Shown: piece after piece, positions 9,370-20,078 of the stretch
How positions within the stretch are numbered: position 1 is the first letter of the stretch
Layout of the letters: the number at the start of each line of letters is the position of its first letter
NCBI GenBank assembly: GCA_040902005.1
Contig: JBBDYA010000088.1
Span: 1-50,601 of the forward strand
Source of the DNA: Gemmatimonadaceae bacterium
Lineage (GTDB): Bacteria > Gemmatimonadota > Gemmatimonadetes > Gemmatimonadales > Gemmatimonadaceae
Direction: 5' to 3'
DNA: 50,601 bases
Notes under the pieces: generated by a model
The model's input: only the letters and a program-made list of their open reading frames with translations
Databases searched by the model: none
Told to the model about the DNA's origin: nothing
Made by a program: the position numbers and the translations under genes

Positions 9370-10451
9370 TCGACGCCGGACGCTTCTTCGTTCCCGGCCC
9401 CACGGAAGTGCGGCCGGAAGTGCTCGACGCCATGCGCCGGCCGATGATCTTCCATCGCACACACGCGATGGAAGAGCTGATGCAGCGGGTCACGCAGGGA
9501 CTCGGGACGGTGTTCGGCACCCGGCGTCCCGTACACGTGATCACTGGATCCGGCACTGCCGCGATGGACCTCGCGGTGCGGTCAGGCACCATCCTGAATG
9601 TGCTGTCCGTGGTGCACGGCGAGTTCGGCGAGCGATTCGCGCGCATCGCCGAGGCGTGCGGCCGGCGCGTGACACGACTGACCGCACCCCCGGGCGACGT
9701 CGTGCCCCTGGACCGGATCCGGGACGCACTGGCGGCGGCGGACTTCGATGCCGTGACCGCCACCCACAGCGAAACCGCCACGGGGGTGCTGGCCGACATC
9801 GCGGGGATCAGCGCGATCGTCCGGGAGCATCCTGGCTGTCTTTTGCTCGTGGACGCGGTCTCCAGCGCGGGGGCGATGCCGGTGACCGCGGACGCCTGGG
9901 GTGCCGCCGCCGTGGTGGCCGCTTCGCAGAAAGCGATGGCGCTGCCCCCCGGACTCGCCTTCGCTGCGGTCTCGGAGCCCTTCCTCGCGCGCGCGCGCAA
10001 CGTGCTCGATCGTGGCACCTACCTCGACGTGCTCCGGTTCGAGGAGTTCGCCGCGAAGCACCAGAGCCCGACGACGCCCGCGATCTCCCTGCTCTACGCC
10101 CTCGACCGACAGCTCGCCGACTTCCAGGTCGAGGGACTCGAGGCGCGGTTTGCCCGGCACGCGGCGATGGCCGAGGTGTGCGCGGCCTGGGTGTCCCGCG
10201 CGGAACAGGCGGCGCTCGGCCTGTCGATGGCCGCGCGTGAGGGCAGCCGGTCGCCCTCGGTCACGTGCATCCTGACCAGGACAAAGCCCGGCGTCGTTCT
10301 GACCCGGATGCGGGAGCAGGGCTACGAACTGGGCGGCGGGCAGGCCGAGCTGGCCGGGACGTCATTTCGCGTCGGCCACATGGGGGATCACACGGTGGCT
10401 GGTCTCGAGGCGCTGCTGGAGGTGCTGGAGCGGGTGCTGCGCGCGCGCTGA
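9366..10451 (+). CDS. Class V PLP aminotransferase (alanine-glyoxylate/serine-pyruvate type)
   Basis: [41 protein letters not shown] overlaps the upstream stop (GTGA). Confidence 0.9.
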   Translation: MIDAGRFFVPGPTEVRPEVLDAMRRPMIFHRTHAMEELMQRVTQGLGTVFGTRRPVHVITGSGTAAMDLAVRSGTILNVLSVVHGEFGERFARIAEACGRRVTRLTAPPGDVVPLDRIRDALAAADFDAVTATHSETATGVLADIAGISAIVREHPGCLLLVDAVSSAGAMPVTADAWGAAAVVAASQKAMALPPGLAFAAVSEPFLARARNVLDRGTYLDVLRFEEFAAKHQSPTTPAISLLYALDRQLADFQVEGLEARFARHAAMAEVCAAWVSRAEQAALGLSMAAREGSRSPSVTCILTRTKPGVVLTRMREQGYELGGGQAELAGTSFRVGHMGDHTVAGLEALLEVLERVLRAR

Positions 10452-11830
10452 TTGACGGTGAGCGCGGTGCCGGTGCCCGGTGTCGCGGTGCGGTGCCCGG
10501 GCCTCCGGTCGGCCATGCGCAGGTTCGCCACGATGCCGGAAAGTCGTTCGGCGGAGGCGGAGAGCGTCGCGGCCGCGGCGGCAATCTCCTGGGTGCTCCC
10601 ACTCTGCTGTTCGCTGGACGCCGCCACCTGCTCCATGGCGGCTGCGAAGGTCTCGGTGCCGCGCGCCAGCTGGTCCAGGCGTGACGTCATGTCGCCCACG
10701 AGCGAGTTGGCCGACGTCGCCGCCCGCTCGACGGCCGCGATCCAACTTCCCATGGCAAACACCTCGAGCTCGATGTCGTCGAAGGACGTGGAGCCCTGCC
10801 GCGTGGCGGCGCGCACCTCGTGCACGGTGCTCACGGTGCGGGCGCTGCTTTCGCGCGACGCCTCCACCGCCTGAAGGATGTCGGCGACCACGCGTGCGGT
10901 CTTTTCGGCGCCTTCCGACGACATGGCCGCCAGCCGGCGCACCTCGTCCGCGACGACGGCGAATCCCTGGCCGTGATCCCCGGCGCGCGCGGCCTCCATG
11001 GCGGCATTGAGCGCGAGCAACTTCGACTGCCGAGCGAGCCGCCCCACCAGTGAAACGAACGAGCGCACCTCCTCGGAGGCGCGCGCCAGTCCTTCGGTCG
11101 CGGCCGCGTTGCGCTCCACGTCCTTGGCCAGGGCATCGAGCGCGCCCGAGCTTTCGTCCAGTTTGGCGCGATTGATCCCCGCGAGTTCGCGCAGACGAAG
11201 GCTCCGCTCCACTCCCTCGTGCGCGCCGGTGTCCAGCGATCGCCCAAGCCCCACCAGTTCACCGGCGGACGTGGCCAGGGACTGGATGCCCTCCGCCATC
11301 GAAGCGGACTGGGTGCTCAATTGCCCCGCGGTAGTGGCGATCTGATTCGCGCTCGCGGACATCTGCGTGGAGCTGGCGGTGATCTCACCGGCCATCGCCG
11401 CCGTTTCCAGCGCCGCCTGCCGAAGCACGAACGCCATGTTCGCGAGGCTGTCCACCATTGCGTTGAGCGCGTGCGCGACCTGCGCGAATTTCGGGTGCCG
11501 CGTTTCCGCCTTCCCCACGGAGAGGTCGCCGGCGGCGACGGTATTGGCGAAGGCCGCGAGGCGCGCCGCATCCTCCCCGCTTCGCGTGGAGGCGCGCGCG
11601 TACGACACGATCGCGCCGGTGGCAATCGCCCAGCAGAGGAATGCCACGATGAAGGGTGCCGCGCGCTCACCCACCGGTGCGTCGGCCCCGGTGAGGGTGG
11701 CCGACACGACGGCGGCGCTCAGCAGGAACGCGATGCCGGCGCCGATGGCCGCGACCGCGAACAGTCGCCCCTGCAGGAGACGCCGGATGCCGTGCCGCTC
11801 TGATTCAGACTGGATGCCTGGACTGCTCAT
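10388..11830 (-). CDS. Methyl-accepting chemotaxis protein
   Basis: Two TM helices, HAMP-like segment, signalling motif [31 protein letters not shown]. Confidence 0.9.
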   Translation of the reverse strand: MSSPGIQSESERHGIRRLLQGRLFAVAAIGAGIAFLLSAAVVSATLTGADAPVGERAAPFIVAFLCWAIATGAIVSYARASTRSGEDAARLAAFANTVAAGDLSVGKAETRHPKFAQVAHALNAMVDSLANMAFVLRQAALETAAMAGEITASSTQMSASANQIATTAGQLSTQSASMAEGIQSLATSAGELVGLGRSLDTGAHEGVERSLRLRELAGINRAKLDESSGALDALAKDVERNAAATEGLARASEEVRSFVSLVGRLARQSKLLALNAAMEAARAGDHGQGFAVVADEVRRLAAMSSEGAEKTARVVADILQAVEASRESSARTVSTVHEVRAATRQGSTSFDDIELEVFAMGSWIAAVERAATSANSLVGDMTSRLDQLARGTETFAAAMEQVAASSEQQSGSTQEIAAAAATLSASAERLSGIVANLRMADRRPGHRTATPGTGTALTVNQRARSTRSSTSSSASRPATV

Positions 11831-11862
11831 CGGATACATTCTCTCTGGAACTGCCCCAGCAC

Positions 11863-14400
11863 ATGACGGACATACCGCCTCGCACCGCGCCCTCTCCCCG
11901 AACCGTGCCCGACCCCTCCATTCCCGCGGATCCCTACGATCCGCGCGCGCTGGAAACCAAGTGGCAGGCGCGCTGGGAACGCGATGCAACGCATCACACC
12001 GACATCGCCGCCGGCGTGCGGCCGTACTACGCGCTGATGATGTTCCCGTATCCGTCCGCGGAGGGGCTGCACGTGGGCAACCTGTTCGCGTTCACCGGGA
12101 ACGACATCCACGGACGATTCCAGCGGCAGCAAGGGCACACCGTCTTCGAGCCCATGGGCTACGACGCCTTCGGGATTCACTCGGAGAACTACGCGCTGAA
12201 GATGGGTGTGAACCCCATGGTGCTCATCCCCAGAAACATCGACAACTTTCGCCGGCAGCTTAAGCGGGCGGGGCTGATGGTGGACTGGCGGCGCGAGCTC
12301 TCGACCACGGATCCGCGGTATTACCGGTGGACGCAGTGGCTGTTTCTCCAGTTGTACCACCGCGGGCTCGCCTACAAGAAGCGGGCGGCGGTCAACTGGT
12401 GCCCCAACGACAAGACCGTCCTGGCCAACGAGCAGGTGATCGCCGGGGAGTGCGAGCGATGTGGTGCCAGGGTAGAACAGCGCTTCCTCGAGCAGTGGTT
12501 CTTCCGCATCACGGAGTACGCGGAGCGCCTGCTGAACAATCTCGATGCGCTCGACTGGTCGGAGAGCACGAAAGCGGCGCAACGCAACTGGATCGGCCGC
12601 TCCGAGGGCGCCGAGATCGTCTTCCGCGTGCAGGACATCATGGCCATCGCGGGCGCGGCCGCCGTGCCGGCCAGCACCGCGGAAATGACGGTGAGCCAGA
12701 CGGACATTCGCGTGTTCACCACGCGTCCCGACACGGTGTTCGGGGCGACGTACCTGGTCCTGGCGCCGGAGCATCCCCTGGTCGAGCGCATCACGACCGA
12801 TGAGGAGCGCGCCAGCGTGCTCGCATACCGCGAGCGCTCGTCGCGCCAGGACCTGGTGACGCGCAGGGTGAGCAAGGAGAAGACGGGCGCGTTTACGGGC
12901 GCCTATGCACTCAACCCGGCGACGGGAGAGCCGATCCCGGTCTGGATCGCCGATTATGTGCTGATGGACTACGGCACGGGCGCGATCATGGCCGTGCCCG
13001 GCCACGATGAACGCGATTTCGAGTTCGCCACCGCCTTTGGATTGCCGATCGTGCGCGTGGTCGCCGCGCCGGGCGACGACGAGCGTTCGCCCCTGCCGAC
13101 GGCGTACACGGATTCACAGGATCCGGCCCGGCTGGTGAACTCCGGGCGGTTCAGCGGGCTCACCGTGTCCGCCGCGAAACACGCGGTGGTCGCGCGCCTG
13201 GAGGACCAGCAGCGTGGCCGCGCCGTGGTGACCTACCGCCTGCACGACTGGTGCATCTCGCGGCAGCGCTACTGGGGTCCGCCCATCCCGATCGTGTATT
13301 GCGACGTCTGCGGTCCCGTGCCCGTGCCGGAACAGGATCTGCCCGTGGAGCTACCCCGGGTGGACGACTTCACACCTGACGATTCGGGCATCTCGCCGCT
13401 GGCGCGAGTGGAGCGCTGGTTCAAGGTGAGCTGCCCGCGCTGCGGTGGGGCCGCGCGCCGCGAAACGGACGTGTCCGACACGTTCCTGGACAGCGCCTGG
13501 TACTTCTTGCGCTACCCCAGCGTGGACCGGGACGACGTGGCATTCGATCCGGTGCTCACGGACAAGTGGTTGCCGGTGGATTCGTACATCGGTGGCAACG
13601 AGCACGCGGTGCTGCACCTGTTGTACTCGCGATTCATCACGATGGTGCTGCACGACGCGCAGCTGCTGCCGTTCGAGGAGCCGTTCACGCGATTTCGCGC
13701 GCACGGCACGATCGTTCGCGAGGGCGCGAAGATGTCCAAGAGCCGCGGCAACGTGGTCAATCCGGACGAATACATCGAGCAATGGGGTGCGGATTCGTTC
13801 CGCGCCTATCTGATGTTCCTCGGGCCGTACGAGGAAGGCGGCGATTTCCAGGACCGCGGTATCTCGGGGGTGCGGCGATACCTGGACCGCCTGTGGTCGT
13901 CCGCGATCGACGCGGATCGCGCCGGCGACGCCGATCCTGCGATGCTGCGCAAGCTGCACAAGACGATCCGCAAGGTCACCCAGGACATTCCGGCACTGAG
14001 CTACAACACGGCGATCGCGGCCATGATGGAGTACATGAAGGCGATGCGCACTGGCGAACGTCGCGCCCATATCAATGAGGTGGAGCCCCTGGTGCAGCTC
14101 ACCGCGCCGTTCGCGCCACACATCGCCGAGGAACTGTGGGAGCGGTTCGGCCACACCCGCAGCGTGTTTGACTCCGGATGGCCGAGCTTCGATCCGGCGC
14201 TGGCCGCCGACGAACTCGTGACCATGGCCGTGCAGGTGAACGGCAAGACCCGCGGCACGATCCAGGTGGCGCCGGAGGTGGATCAGGCCGGGGCGCTCGC
14301 CGCGGCGATGGCGGACGCGGGGGTGGCGAAGTTCGTGACGACGGACCCCGCGCGCGTGATCTTCGTGCCGGGACGCCTGTTGAATATCGTGGTTCGATAG
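11863..14400 (+). CDS. leuS: Leucine--tRNA ligase
   Basis: MFPYPS, HVGN (HIGH), [22 protein letters not shown] editing domain, [21 protein letters not shown]. Confidence 0.98.
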   Translation: MTDIPPRTAPSPRTVPDPSIPADPYDPRALETKWQARWERDATHHTDIAAGVRPYYALMMFPYPSAEGLHVGNLFAFTGNDIHGRFQRQQGHTVFEPMGYDAFGIHSENYALKMGVNPMVLIPRNIDNFRRQLKRAGLMVDWRRELSTTDPRYYRWTQWLFLQLYHRGLAYKKRAAVNWCPNDKTVLANEQVIAGECERCGARVEQRFLEQWFFRITEYAERLLNNLDALDWSESTKAAQRNWIGRSEGAEIVFRVQDIMAIAGAAAVPASTAEMTVSQTDIRVFTTRPDTVFGATYLVLAPEHPLVERITTDEERASVLAYRERSSRQDLVTRRVSKEKTGAFTGAYALNPATGEPIPVWIADYVLMDYGTGAIMAVPGHDERDFEFATAFGLPIVRVVAAPGDDERSPLPTAYTDSQDPARLVNSGRFSGLTVSAAKHAVVARLEDQQRGRAVVTYRLHDWCISRQRYWGPPIPIVYCDVCGPVPVPEQDLPVELPRVDDFTPDDSGISPLARVERWFKVSCPRCGGAARRETDVSDTFLDSAWYFLRYPSVDRDDVAFDPVLTDKWLPVDSYIGGNEHAVLHLLYSRFITMVLHDAQLLPFEEPFTRFRAHGTIVREGAKMSKSRGNVVNPDEYIEQWGADSFRAYLMFLGPYEEGGDFQDRGISGVRRYLDRLWSSAIDADRAGDADPAMLRKLHKTIRKVTQDIPALSYNTAIAAMMEYMKAMRTGERRAHINEVEPLVQLTAPFAPHIAEELWERFGHTRSVFDSGWPSFDPALAADELVTMAVQVNGKTRGTIQVAPEVDQAGALAAAMADAGVAKFVTTDPARVIFVPGRLLNIVVR

Positions 14401-14402
14401 CT

Positions 14403-14425
14403 CGGCCCCGCGCGAGCGGGGGCCG
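14403..14425. terminator. GC hairpin between convergent leuS and outer-membrane protein genes
   Basis: CGGCCCCGC-GCGA-GCGGGGGCCG; no U-tract. Confidence 0.45.
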
Positions 14426-14442
14426 GGCACGATCCAGGTTCC

Positions 14443-14982
14443 CTAGAATCGTGCGCCGAGGGTGATCGGAATCGTGAGCGCGGGCCGCTCTTCCGTGAGC
14501 ACGTAGTGAATGCGCACGTCCGCCATGCCGATGAAGAACGTCAACGGCACTTCCAGACCCGCGCCCACGTTGAAGCCCGGTTTGGTCCCCTCGTCGGTGA
14601 GCCGGTAAACGGCGATACCGCCGAGCAGAAAACCGCTCGAGGCGCCCGTGGGATTGCGGGAGAGCAGTGAAGCGCCCAGCGAGGTGATGTTCTTTCCGGG
14701 GACCGCCGCGGCAGACTTACCGTCGAAGCGCTGGTAGATGAGCTCCATCCGGAAGGAGAACGGTTGTTCCGCCGCCGAGAAATCCACGAGCCCGGACAGG
14801 GTGTACCCCGCGGCGTGGGTGCTGGACAGTCGGCCCACGGGAATCGCGATGCCGCCGCCAAAGCCGCCAGACGCGCCGATCGTCGGCGCCGCGGGGGGCA
14901 CGACCGTCTGGGCGTTCGCCACGACTGGCAGGGCAGCGAGCGCGAGGGCGCACGCAAGAACAAGACGGGCAGTGCGATGCAT
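14443..14982 (-). CDS. Small outer-membrane beta-barrel-like protein
   Basis: Signal peptide (ANA|Q), alternating hydrophobic strands, C-terminal Phe (LGARF). Confidence 0.7.
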   Translation of the reverse strand: MHRTARLVLACALALAALPVVANAQTVVPPAAPTIGASGGFGGGIAIPVGRLSSTHAAGYTLSGLVDFSAAEQPFSFRMELIYQRFDGKSAAAVPGKNITSLGASLLSRNPTGASSGFLLGGIAVYRLTDEGTKPGFNVGAGLEVPLTFFIGMADVRIHYVLTEERPALTIPITLGARF

Positions 14983-15004
14983 GATGATTGCCGGCAATGA
15001 AGGT

Positions 15005-16120
15005 TTACGTGATCAGGCCGCTGATCCAGTCGCCCACGAAATAGCCGACGATCGCGACACCGAGCCCCACCACGAACATATCGAGTCCGGAGCGGAAGAC
15101 GCTGCGTCCAGTGAACACGGATCGTGCCGCGCCCACCAGCCAGTGCGACAGCATCGAGCTTCCGAAGGACACCAGGATCGCCGTGGATCCCTCCCAGAGC
15201 AGAAACGGAAACACGGGGATGAGGGCGCCGACCGCGGTGGCCGAGCCCGTGACCCATCCCTCGCGCAGTGGCGACATGTGCGGCTCGCCGATCCCCAGCT
15301 CCTCCCGCACCTTCTCCGCGAGCATGCGCTCCGGGTCCGCCATGACCTTGGTGGCCAGCCGCTGCGCGGCCTCGGCGTCCATCCCCTTGGCCTCGTAGAT
15401 CAGCGCGAGCTCGTCGCGCTCCACCTCCGGCATCAGCGCGATCTCGTCGCGCTCCATCGCGATCTCGTTCGCGTACACCTCCTGCTCGCTCTTCGCCGCG
15501 AGATAGCCGCTGCTGCCCATCGAGAGCGCGTCCGCGATGAGTCCGGCGAAGCCAGCGACGATCACCGTCTGGTGCAGTTCGACGACGCTCGCGCCGATCA
15601 CGCCGGCGACGAGCCCGAAATTGGCCGTGAGCCCGTCGTTGAATCCATACACCACGTTCCTCAGAAAGCCGCCGGACTTCGTGCGGTGCCACGGCTCGCC
15701 GGTGCGTCCGGAAATCCTGTTGAGCGTTTGCGCATGCTCGGCGGATTCGCGCGCGAGCGTCAGCGATTCGCCCTTTCCGGGGACGCCCGCCGCGGTCAGG
15801 CGATGCATCTGGAGGTAGCCCTTGACCTCACGTCCCTCCTCGGCGAGCAGCATCGGCAGCAGGAAATTCGGACCGAGGCGCTTGCCGAGAAAGGCCAGCA
15901 TCCGGGTGCGCGCGCTGGGGCAATGCGCGCCAACCTGTCGGCCGTGCGACGCCAGGAGGCCGGCCCAGACCTGCACGTGCCTGTCCTCGACCTCCGCCAA
16001 CCGCTGATACAGCGACGACTTCTGCACGTCCGGCTCCGCCTCGGCCAGCAGGCGATAGAGGAACGCCGCATCGGCTTCGTCCTGCCAGTGATGCTCGAAG
16101 GCGTGGAGGTCGGGAGTCAC
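15005..16120 (-). CDS. VIT1/CCC1 family transporter with N-terminal ferritin/rubrerythrin-like domain
   Basis: VYGFNDGL, ALSMGSSGYLA, E-rich loop; N-terminal DE/EDRH/EE/ESAEH pattern. Confidence 0.88.
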   Translation of the reverse strand: MTPDLHAFEHHWQDEADAAFLYRLLAEAEPDVQKSSLYQRLAEVEDRHVQVWAGLLASHGRQVGAHCPSARTRMLAFLGKRLGPNFLLPMLLAEEGREVKGYLQMHRLTAAGVPGKGESLTLARESAEHAQTLNRISGRTGEPWHRTKSGGFLRNVVYGFNDGLTANFGLVAGVIGASVVELHQTVIVAGFAGLIADALSMGSSGYLAAKSEQEVYANEIAMERDEIALMPEVERDELALIYEAKGMDAEAAQRLATKVMADPERMLAEKVREELGIGEPHMSPLREGWVTGSATAVGALIPVFPFLLWEGSTAILVSFGSSMLSHWLVGAARSVFTGRSVFRSGLDMFVVGLGVAIVGYFVGDWISGLIT

Positions 16121-16212
16121 AGTGGAAAGCTACACGCGCCCACGCAGTAAACCCTTCGAGCGGGTCGCCGTGTCCCACCACGCAGAACCCCAACCGTTCC
16201 ACGAGGTACCGA

Positions 16213-17184
16213 ATGCACAACAGACTGTTACTGGCCCTGGGCGTCGCCGCGGCGGCGCTGCCCGCCGCGCTATTCGCTCAGGACGTTCGCGTCTACAGCG
16301 GTGAGGGTGGACGCGCGTTTTCGTTCGCGACGGAAGGCGAGGCCAATCGCGCCGTGATCGGCGTGACCACATCGACGGGCAGCGTGCGCGATACGCTAGG
16401 CGTGCTCGTGAGCTCCATCACCGCCGGCGGTCCCGCCGAAAAGGCTGGCCTGGAAGAGGGCAATCGTATTGCGACGATCAACGGCGTGAATCTGAAGCTC
16501 TCCGCCGTGGACGTCGGCGACTGGGAGATGTCGAGCGCGATGAGCCGTCGCCTCACCCGGGAGCTCGGCAAGCTGAAGCCGGGCGACGAAGCGGATCTCC
16601 GGGTGTACGGCGGCGGGCAGACGCGCGCGGTGAAGGTGAAGACCGTGTCCTCCGACAGTCTGTATCCGTCCCTGTATCGCATGGGCATGGCGTCGGACGA
16701 CCGCGCCGTCCTCGGGATCTCCCTGGGCAGCTCCGGAAGCGCGCGCGACACGCTGGGGGTGCTGATCAGCGGGCTGAATGACGAGGGGCCCGCGGCCAAG
16801 GCGGGCCTCGAGGAAGGCAACCGCGTCGCGGCGCTGAACGGCGTGAACCTGCGCGTGAACCGCGAGGATGCGGGCGATGAATTCATGTCGAGCGCCATGG
16901 TGCGCCGCCTGCAGCGTGAACTCGAGAAGGTCAAGGCGGGCGACGAGGTGACGCTGCGCGTCTACGTGGGGGCCGGCCGCACGCGCGACGTGAAACTCAG
17001 GACGGTCGAGGCATCCTCGATCCAGCGCCGCGGCTCCGTGATCATCGGCGGCTCGGTCACGCCGCGCGCGCCCATGTCCCCCCGGATCCAGATGGATTCC
17101 GAGCTTCTCCGGCGGCTGGAGACCGAGAGGAGCCGCGTGGCGCCGACGATCCGTCGGGCATTCACGACGCGCGTGACGATCTGA
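16213..17184 (+). CDS. Secreted protein with two tandem PDZ domains
   Basis: Signal peptide; two repeats of RAV(I/L)G...GVL(V/I)S...GPA.KAGLEEGNR...NGVNL. Confidence 0.85.
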   Translation: MHNRLLLALGVAAAALPAALFAQDVRVYSGEGGRAFSFATEGEANRAVIGVTTSTGSVRDTLGVLVSSITAGGPAEKAGLEEGNRIATINGVNLKLSAVDVGDWEMSSAMSRRLTRELGKLKPGDEADLRVYGGGQTRAVKVKTVSSDSLYPSLYRMGMASDDRAVLGISLGSSGSARDTLGVLISGLNDEGPAAKAGLEEGNRVAALNGVNLRVNREDAGDEFMSSAMVRRLQRELEKVKAGDEVTLRVYVGAGRTRDVKLRTVEASSIQRRGSVIIGGSVTPRAPMSPRIQMDSELLRRLETERSRVAPTIRRAFTTRVTI

Positions 17185-17193
17185 GAGCCAGTT

Positions 17194-17226
17194 GGTGGCC
17201 GGGCCGATGTTCCCGGCCCGGCCATC
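17194..17226. terminator. Hairpin between convergent PDZ and M14 genes
   Basis: GGTGGCCGGGCCG-N7-CGGCCCGGCCATC. Confidence 0.5.
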
Positions 17227-17228
17227 AT

Positions 17229-19979
17229 TCAGAAGGTGGGGCCGAGCACGATCGCGTTCAGCACCAGCCGGTCGAGCGCGTGCCACCAGGCGCGAAAGAG
17301 TGGCTCGTTGGCGAACAGCACCACGTGCCCGCCGCCGGTGGGTTCCACGATGACCGCCGCCGTATTCCGCATCAGGCGCTCGGTGTTCTCGGGCCAGACG
17401 AATCCCGCCCGGTGCATGGGGCCCGTCCTCGGAAACACCCCCACGTTCGCTCCCTCCCTGGAGAGACCGAGGAAGGTGGAGCCATCGAGCATGACCGTCA
17501 GGCGCGGATCGTCGAAGCCGCTCGTCAACCAGTGCGTCCGATCGAGGATGATGTCGAAATGCGCGCCCGGCAGGGGGGCCGGCCGGCCGGTGGTGGCGGA
17601 GGGACTGGTCGTTGCGAGCAGGTCGTCTGCCAGCTCGCGGCGGCGCGCCGCGGCGGTGTCACCGCGAGCCGCGCCCGAATCGGGTTTGGCGTCGGCCCCG
17701 ACCACGCGCGCGCTCGTGAGATTCACGTTCTCGCGGGCCGCCCAGGCCGAGGCACCGCCCATCGTGACGAGCGTGCCGCCGCGCCGCACCCATTCGCGGA
17801 TCGCGTTGGCGCCGTCGGTGCCCAGGACGCGGTTGAGCGCGCCGGCCGACCCATCTGGCAGGATGATGGCGTTGAAGCGCGACAGGTCACCGCTCGCGAG
17901 CCAGCGCGTGGAGACCGGGGTGAACGGAATGCCATAGCGCTGCTCCAGCACGTACCAGACGGCGCCGTAACTGGTTTGCCCGATCCCTTCGTCGCCCACC
18001 ACCGCGATCGATGGCACGCGCAGGTCGTACATCGATTCCGATCCGATACCGAACTGCGACGTCTCGGCAAACGCGGAGTTCACGCCAACGACGTCCACGC
18101 CGGCCTCGCGCGCCAGCTGATCGATTCGCGCGTGGACGGAGGTGTCGTTTCGCGCTACGCGCACCACGTACGTCCCTCGTGGAAAGGCGCGCCCGCCCGC
18201 TTCGATCGGACGTTCGGAGATGCTCACGCGATAGCCGCCCGCGAGCAGGTGGTAGGCGAGCCGCGGCGCGCCATTCCGTTCTGACGAGAAGACGTAGGCC
18301 GATCGCGCCGGGCGCGCGCCACTGACGCCGCCGAACACCGCCGGCTCATCGCGGCGCACGAGCGTGCCGCCGACGGCGCCCGCGTCTTCCGTCCAGTATG
18401 CGTCCACGCCGAAGGTCACCGGCAGCGACCAGGCCGTGACGTCGTAGAATTCGTAGCCCTCGCGCGACACGTTGGCGCCGCGCCGCTGGTTGCGCTGGAA
18501 GCGCTCGATCTGCGACGCGATGAACGCGGAGTCGAGCGTCGGCGAAGGTTCGAGCACCGCCCGCGCGGCGCGTCCCATCGGCTGCGCCAGATCGATGACG
18601 TACGCACCGGCGTCGAACCGGCGCGACGCGACCGCGCCGGTCGCGTATGCGTGCGCCCGGGCAGACGTGAACGGATTCGAGGCGCGCTGCACCTCGATGC
18701 CCGAACGCGTCAGCGTCGCGGCGAGCGCCGCCGTCCGCGCGGGATCCCGCGTGGGGTCGAGCACGACGCGTTTCATCGCGCGCGTGCGTCCCTCCTGGAT
18801 CGCTTCCCGCCGGAACGTCACCCAGTCCCGCACGCGTTCGGCGCGCCGTGCGCCCGTGGCCTCGATGGTGGCCAGGGCGGAGACGTAGTGCTTCGCGATC
18901 GCGGCGCGGAACGAGCACAGGGTGCCATCTTCGCGGCGCGTCACGATGCCGTAGCGGCAATCCGTCTCGTACGTCATGCCGATGGCGCCCGTGAAGGACG
19001 GCCAGCTGTCCCAGTAGAACGGGCCGTAGAAATCGAAGACGTCGCGGGAGTAATACATCCAGCCGTAGCGATCGAACGCGGCGGCATTCGCCCGCCCAAA
19101 AACCTCCATCCACTTCTGGAAGTCGCCACCCAGGTTTGCGTTCATGGGCCTGGCGGTGGGCGGGAAAAAGAAGCTGTAGGTGTAGCCATGCTGATCGATG
19201 GTCACCATCGGGTGCCATCGCATCGCGCCCGCCACGAGCTGGCGCACTTCCCGCTGCGTGGTGGTCATCACGTCGCGATTCATGTCGAATCGGTAGTGGT
19301 TGTACCGCCCCTGAATGCTCCACGGTTCCGCGTACTCGAGCGACACCGTTTCCGGGCTGCGCACGCTGATGGAGTTGTACCAGACGGCGAACCGCTCGTG
19401 GCCGTCGGGATTCGTGCTCGGGTTCAGGACCACGATCACGTTGCGCAGGGCGGCCAGGGTCGCCGGTTCGTCGCTGGCGGCCAGCTGGTAGAGCGTCTGC
19501 ATTGCCGTTTCGAATCCGGGGGCCTCGTTGCCGTGCACGCTCTCGTTGATCCACACCACGGCCGGCATGCGGGCCGCGAGCGCATCCGCGTCGGCCGCGC
19601 CGATGGTGCGCGGGTCGCCCAGGCGCGCCAGGTCGGCCCGGATCGCGTCCAGGCGCGCGATGTTCTCGGGAGCCGACACGATGAAGAGCCGCTGGGTCCG
19701 CCGCTCGGTCGTGGTGCCGATCTCCTCGACGCGAACCCGGTCCGGCGCGGCGCCGGCGATGGCGAGCAACACGCGCTCCTGTCCGGCGAACTGGGTGTGC
19801 GTCTCCCCGACGCCGTAGCCGAGGAGGGAGTCGGGGCGTGGAACCTGAGCCCGGTAGGGGCCCCGGTCGTAGAATGAGAAGTCCCGATCGTCGCGAATCG
19901 AGTCACGGGACGTCGGCATCTGGGCAGTGGCGGCCGTGGAGAGGGCGGCCAGGGCAAGCAGAACGGCGGTGCGGCGCAT
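17229..19979 (-). CDS. Secreted M14-family zinc carboxypeptidase-like protein
   Basis: Signal peptide MRRTAVLL..., SVHGNE (HxxE), NPDG, DMNRD, DQHG; long C-terminal region; start could be 20042. Confidence 0.85.
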   Translation of the reverse strand: MRRTAVLLALAALSTAATAQMPTSRDSIRDDRDFSFYDRGPYRAQVPRPDSLLGYGVGETHTQFAGQERVLLAIAGAAPDRVRVEEIGTTTERRTQRLFIVSAPENIARLDAIRADLARLGDPRTIGAADADALAARMPAVVWINESVHGNEAPGFETAMQTLYQLAASDEPATLAALRNVIVVLNPSTNPDGHERFAVWYNSISVRSPETVSLEYAEPWSIQGRYNHYRFDMNRDVMTTTQREVRQLVAGAMRWHPMVTIDQHGYTYSFFFPPTARPMNANLGGDFQKWMEVFGRANAAAFDRYGWMYYSRDVFDFYGPFYWDSWPSFTGAIGMTYETDCRYGIVTRREDGTLCSFRAAIAKHYVSALATIEATGARRAERVRDWVTFRREAIQEGRTRAMKRVVLDPTRDPARTAALAATLTRSGIEVQRASNPFTSARAHAYATGAVASRRFDAGAYVIDLAQPMGRAARAVLEPSPTLDSAFIASQIERFQRNQRRGANVSREGYEFYDVTAWSLPVTFGVDAYWTEDAGAVGGTLVRRDEPAVFGGVSGARPARSAYVFSSERNGAPRLAYHLLAGGYRVSISERPIEAGGRAFPRGTYVVRVARNDTSVHARIDQLAREAGVDVVGVNSAFAETSQFGIGSESMYDLRVPSIAVVGDEGIGQTSYGAVWYVLEQRYGIPFTPVSTRWLASGDLSRFNAIILPDGSAGALNRVLGTDGANAIREWVRRGGTLVTMGGASAWAARENVNLTSARVVGADAKPDSGAARGDTAAARRRELADDLLATTSPSATTGRPAPLPGAHFDIILDRTHWLTSGFDDPRLTVMLDGSTFLGLSREGANVGVFPRTGPMHRAGFVWPENTERLMRNTAAVIVEPTGGGHVVLFANEPLFRAWWHALDRLVLNAIVLGPTF

Positions 19980-20078
19980 GGGCGGGGGGAGGGAGGCAAC
20001 GGGTGGGGGGGGGCCGCCACGGAACCACCGGGGCAGCGACATTAAACTTGGTGCGGTCAGGGCCGATACTGAAGCATC

